Under the pieces are notes generated by a model. That model was not told the DNA's origin, did not search any database, and saw only the letters and a program-made list of their open reading frames with translations. From Neocallimastix sp. 'constans' (lineage: Eukaryota), in the NCBI GenBank assembly GCA_050613775.1, contig JBODTK010000010.1, positions 248,001-312,000 on the forward strand: a stretch of 64,000 nucleotides of DNA, read 5' to 3'. Position numbers and translations under genes: made by a program. Below, one piece after another: positions 60,706-64,000 of this stretch (its first letter is position 1; each line of letters opens with the position of its first letter).

Positions 60706-60815
60706 TATAATTTTATAATATATAATATTTTATTTCATGTATTTTATTATTTTTTTATTTCTTTAAAATCATGTAATTTTATTATTATTATAAATTAAAT
60801 AAAGTTTTCTCTAAG

Positions 60816-60852
<37 letters not shown>

Positions 60853-60977
60853 CTATTTATACAATAGAATTCTAAATTTATTATATATATTTTTCATAAT
60901 TTATTTAATACTAAATTTAAATTTATGTTATTAAATGGAAAGTAAAAAAAATTTTTTTTCATTTTTTAAAGATAGAA

Positions 60978-61023
<46 letters not shown>

Positions 61024-61404
61024 GGTACAAATCTTATTATTTGTAGTATTACTACAAATACAATATATATATATATTTTTAATTATTTATATTTATAAAT
61101 AATTTAATAATAAATAACAGATTATCAATTATCCTTATATGATTATTAAGTTTATCATTTATACAAATTAGAATTTTTATTAAGATTATTTTTCAAAAAA
61201 AAAAAAAAAAAAAAAAAAAATCCAAACTTTATTATTACGTTGATTATTTAAATTTTTTTATATCTAAATTTTATATTATATGCAAAAATTTTATTATATA
61301 TAAACCATTCTTTTTATTTAAAGCTGTTCATATGAAAACTTTATTTGATGGATGATACATAAATTAATATATTAATATTACTACGAAATAAAAACTACCA
61401 AATA

Positions 61405-61442
<38 letters not shown>

Positions 61443-61933
61443 GAACGAAACTCATATAAAAATAAAAATAGTTTTAAAAGTTACTATCAAATCAATTTAT
61501 TATAAATTCATTTACATAAATATATTATAATTTAAATAATATTATCTAAATTCATATAGATTATAAATAATGTGCTTGAATTAAATATATACAATATAAA
61601 TTTTCTATAATTATATCCATATTTTTTTTATGAAAATACTTTATATGAATAAAAAAAAAAAAAACTTTAAAAATAATAAAACCTTTTTTTTTTTTTTTTT
61701 TTTTTTTTTTTCCTTAATATAAAATAAAACTTGTTTTTTAAATAATTTATATATATATATATATATATATTTAAGATAACAGTATTTATCACAATTATAA
61801 ATATATATTCAATTTAAATATTTTTCAAATTATATTCAAATTATTTTCGAATTTTTTTTTATAAATATATTCTTATATCTTGTATATTGGTATTAATATG
61901 TAATTACTATAATCATTTTTTTATTTACTTATA

Positions 61934-61965
<32 letters not shown>

Positions 61966-63737
61966 CACTTTTTTATATTTATTTTTTATTTTTTTTTTCT
62001 TTTCAACTTTTATGTTTATTATTTATTTATATTACAAAATATATATAAGATAATACTTTTTATTTTACACTTAACTTTTGAATATAATTAAATAATTGAT
62101 TTTTGAATATAATTCAAAAATCAATTATTTAAAGTTTCCTTTCATTTTATGAAACATGTCATGTAATATTTATAAATAAATAATAAATTATATTTTTAAT
62201 AATGTCACATATGAATAAATTAAATTAATAACAGATATATATATATTATTTAATTTAATATATATAAAATCAATTCATTGAATAGATTAATGAGTATATA
62301 TATATAATTTATTACTATATTGAATATATTTCCAAATTAGTATAAAATAAAATAAAATATAAAGACGGTTTATTAATAACATACTGTTTAAGTAATACAT
62401 TAACGTAAGAGAAATTATTATAAATTATTAGTTAATAATTTATTTCATATTACGTATACATTTTTATTTTTATTTTTAAGAAATTAGAATATAAAAAGTA
62501 ATAATTAAAAATTAATTAAATCGATTCTTATATAGATACTTATAATTTTATTCATTATTATAAAAAATATATTAGCATTAATTGTTTTTTTATTTATATT
62601 TGGCTTTTTTTTTTTTTTTTTAAATATTAGAATATTTTACATTATGAAAGGTGACAAAAAAAATTTTTTTTAAAGTAGTAATTAAAATAAAAAAAAAAAA
62701 GCCAATATAAACTATTCTGATTAAATAATTAATAAAATAAAAAAAATATAAAATATAGAATAATAATAATAATAAAAAAATAGAATTCTATATTTTTGAA
62801 TTATATATCCGAAGTAAAATATATACCTTTTTAAAATGATAATTAAATAATAATTACTAAAGGAAATCAATGTAATTTAAAATAAATACTTTTTATCAGT
62901 GAAAAATTATGATTTATTTCAAAAACTACATTTAATATAAATTATTTTTTATTTAGTGAATAGAATAGAAAAATTTATTTATTAGTAGTATTAATTTAAT
63001 TATATTATTTATACGTTATATAATTACAACTACATTTACGTAAAGATCATATTGTAGAATAATCTAATATATATTAATTTAATATAATTATTAATCTATT
63101 ATATTGAAACATCTATTGTTTATTATATAATTTAATATATACTAGAACATATTTAAAATTATATAATTGATTATATTTTATAATATATTATTCTATAACA
63201 ATTTTTTTTTTTTGTATTTTCATATTTTAAGCAAAAAAAATTTTTTATATTCCTTTATTTATAATTATTTATAAAATAATAATAAAAAATTAAAAATAAA
63301 TAATAAATAAATAAATATAAAATATAAAAATATATAATTAAAATAGAAAAGATTTAGATTTTAATCTTTTTTCTTTTAATATAATATTTAAAATATTTTT
63401 ATATGTGTTAGAAGAAAACAATCTTATATTGGAAAATCTTGTTGTATAATATAAGAAGTAATAATCTATTCTTTTTATTTTTTTTTTCTTATTGTTATAT
63501 ATAATTTTTATTATATTATTTTATTTATTTACTTTTGACACTTTAGATTTATTTTACATAAGTAATTACATAATCAATTATAATCTAAATTTTACAAAAC
63601 ATTGGGAATAAAAGTACAACGCATTTAAACTTCAAATAATATAGAGACAAAATTATACGATTTTAATTACGATAAAATGTCAATAAACAATATCTTATTA
63701 AATCTCATTAAATTTTATAAATATTTTTTAAATCATA

Positions 63738-63785
<48 letters not shown>

Positions 63786-64000
63786 AATCGCGTATATAAG
63801 TAATAAATAAAAATAAATAAATAAAATATATATATTTAATTTACAAAGAGAATTTTAAAATATTCAGTAATTCCAAAAAGTAAATAATAAAAATAATAAT
63901 AATAAATGCTTCAAGAGGTTTATTATATACATTATGTTATTGAATAAAATTTTATATAAATTTAAATTTGAAACAAAAATCAAAATAAAATATTATTACA

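Overview
Extremely AT-rich eukaryotic DNA with short GT-AG introns and long poly(A/T) and (TTA)n tracts. The composition and gene set (CBM1-GH6 cellobiohydrolase, CotH kinase, intronless ankyrin gene, outer-dynein-arm docking gene) point to an anaerobic gut fungus (Neocallimastigomycota); this taxon call is an inference. Apparently intact spliced genes: 3' end of a Pro/Gly/Arg/Tyr-rich protein gene, a carboxypeptidase Y-type S10 peptidase, an ODAD1/CCDC114-like dynein docking subunit, a DUF4286-like small protein, a long-tailed class I myosin, a small membrane protein and AVL9. The 8.5-26.4 kb and 44.9-49.5 kb zones are accessory. They hold Mutator-type MITEs, a 62-bp Helitron-like element, Ty1/Copia relics, non-LTR retroelement 3' ends and four disrupted genes (bacterial-type ABC transporter, GH6, CotH, and a bilin/RCC-reductase-like gene of probable bacterial origin). 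Best signals: (1) a single-nucleotide exon (G at 40353) that is required to keep the myosin I gene in frame; (2) a ~110-bp structured, poly(A)-tailed, TSD-flanked retroposon whose stem-loop recurs with a compensatory base change in another GC island.
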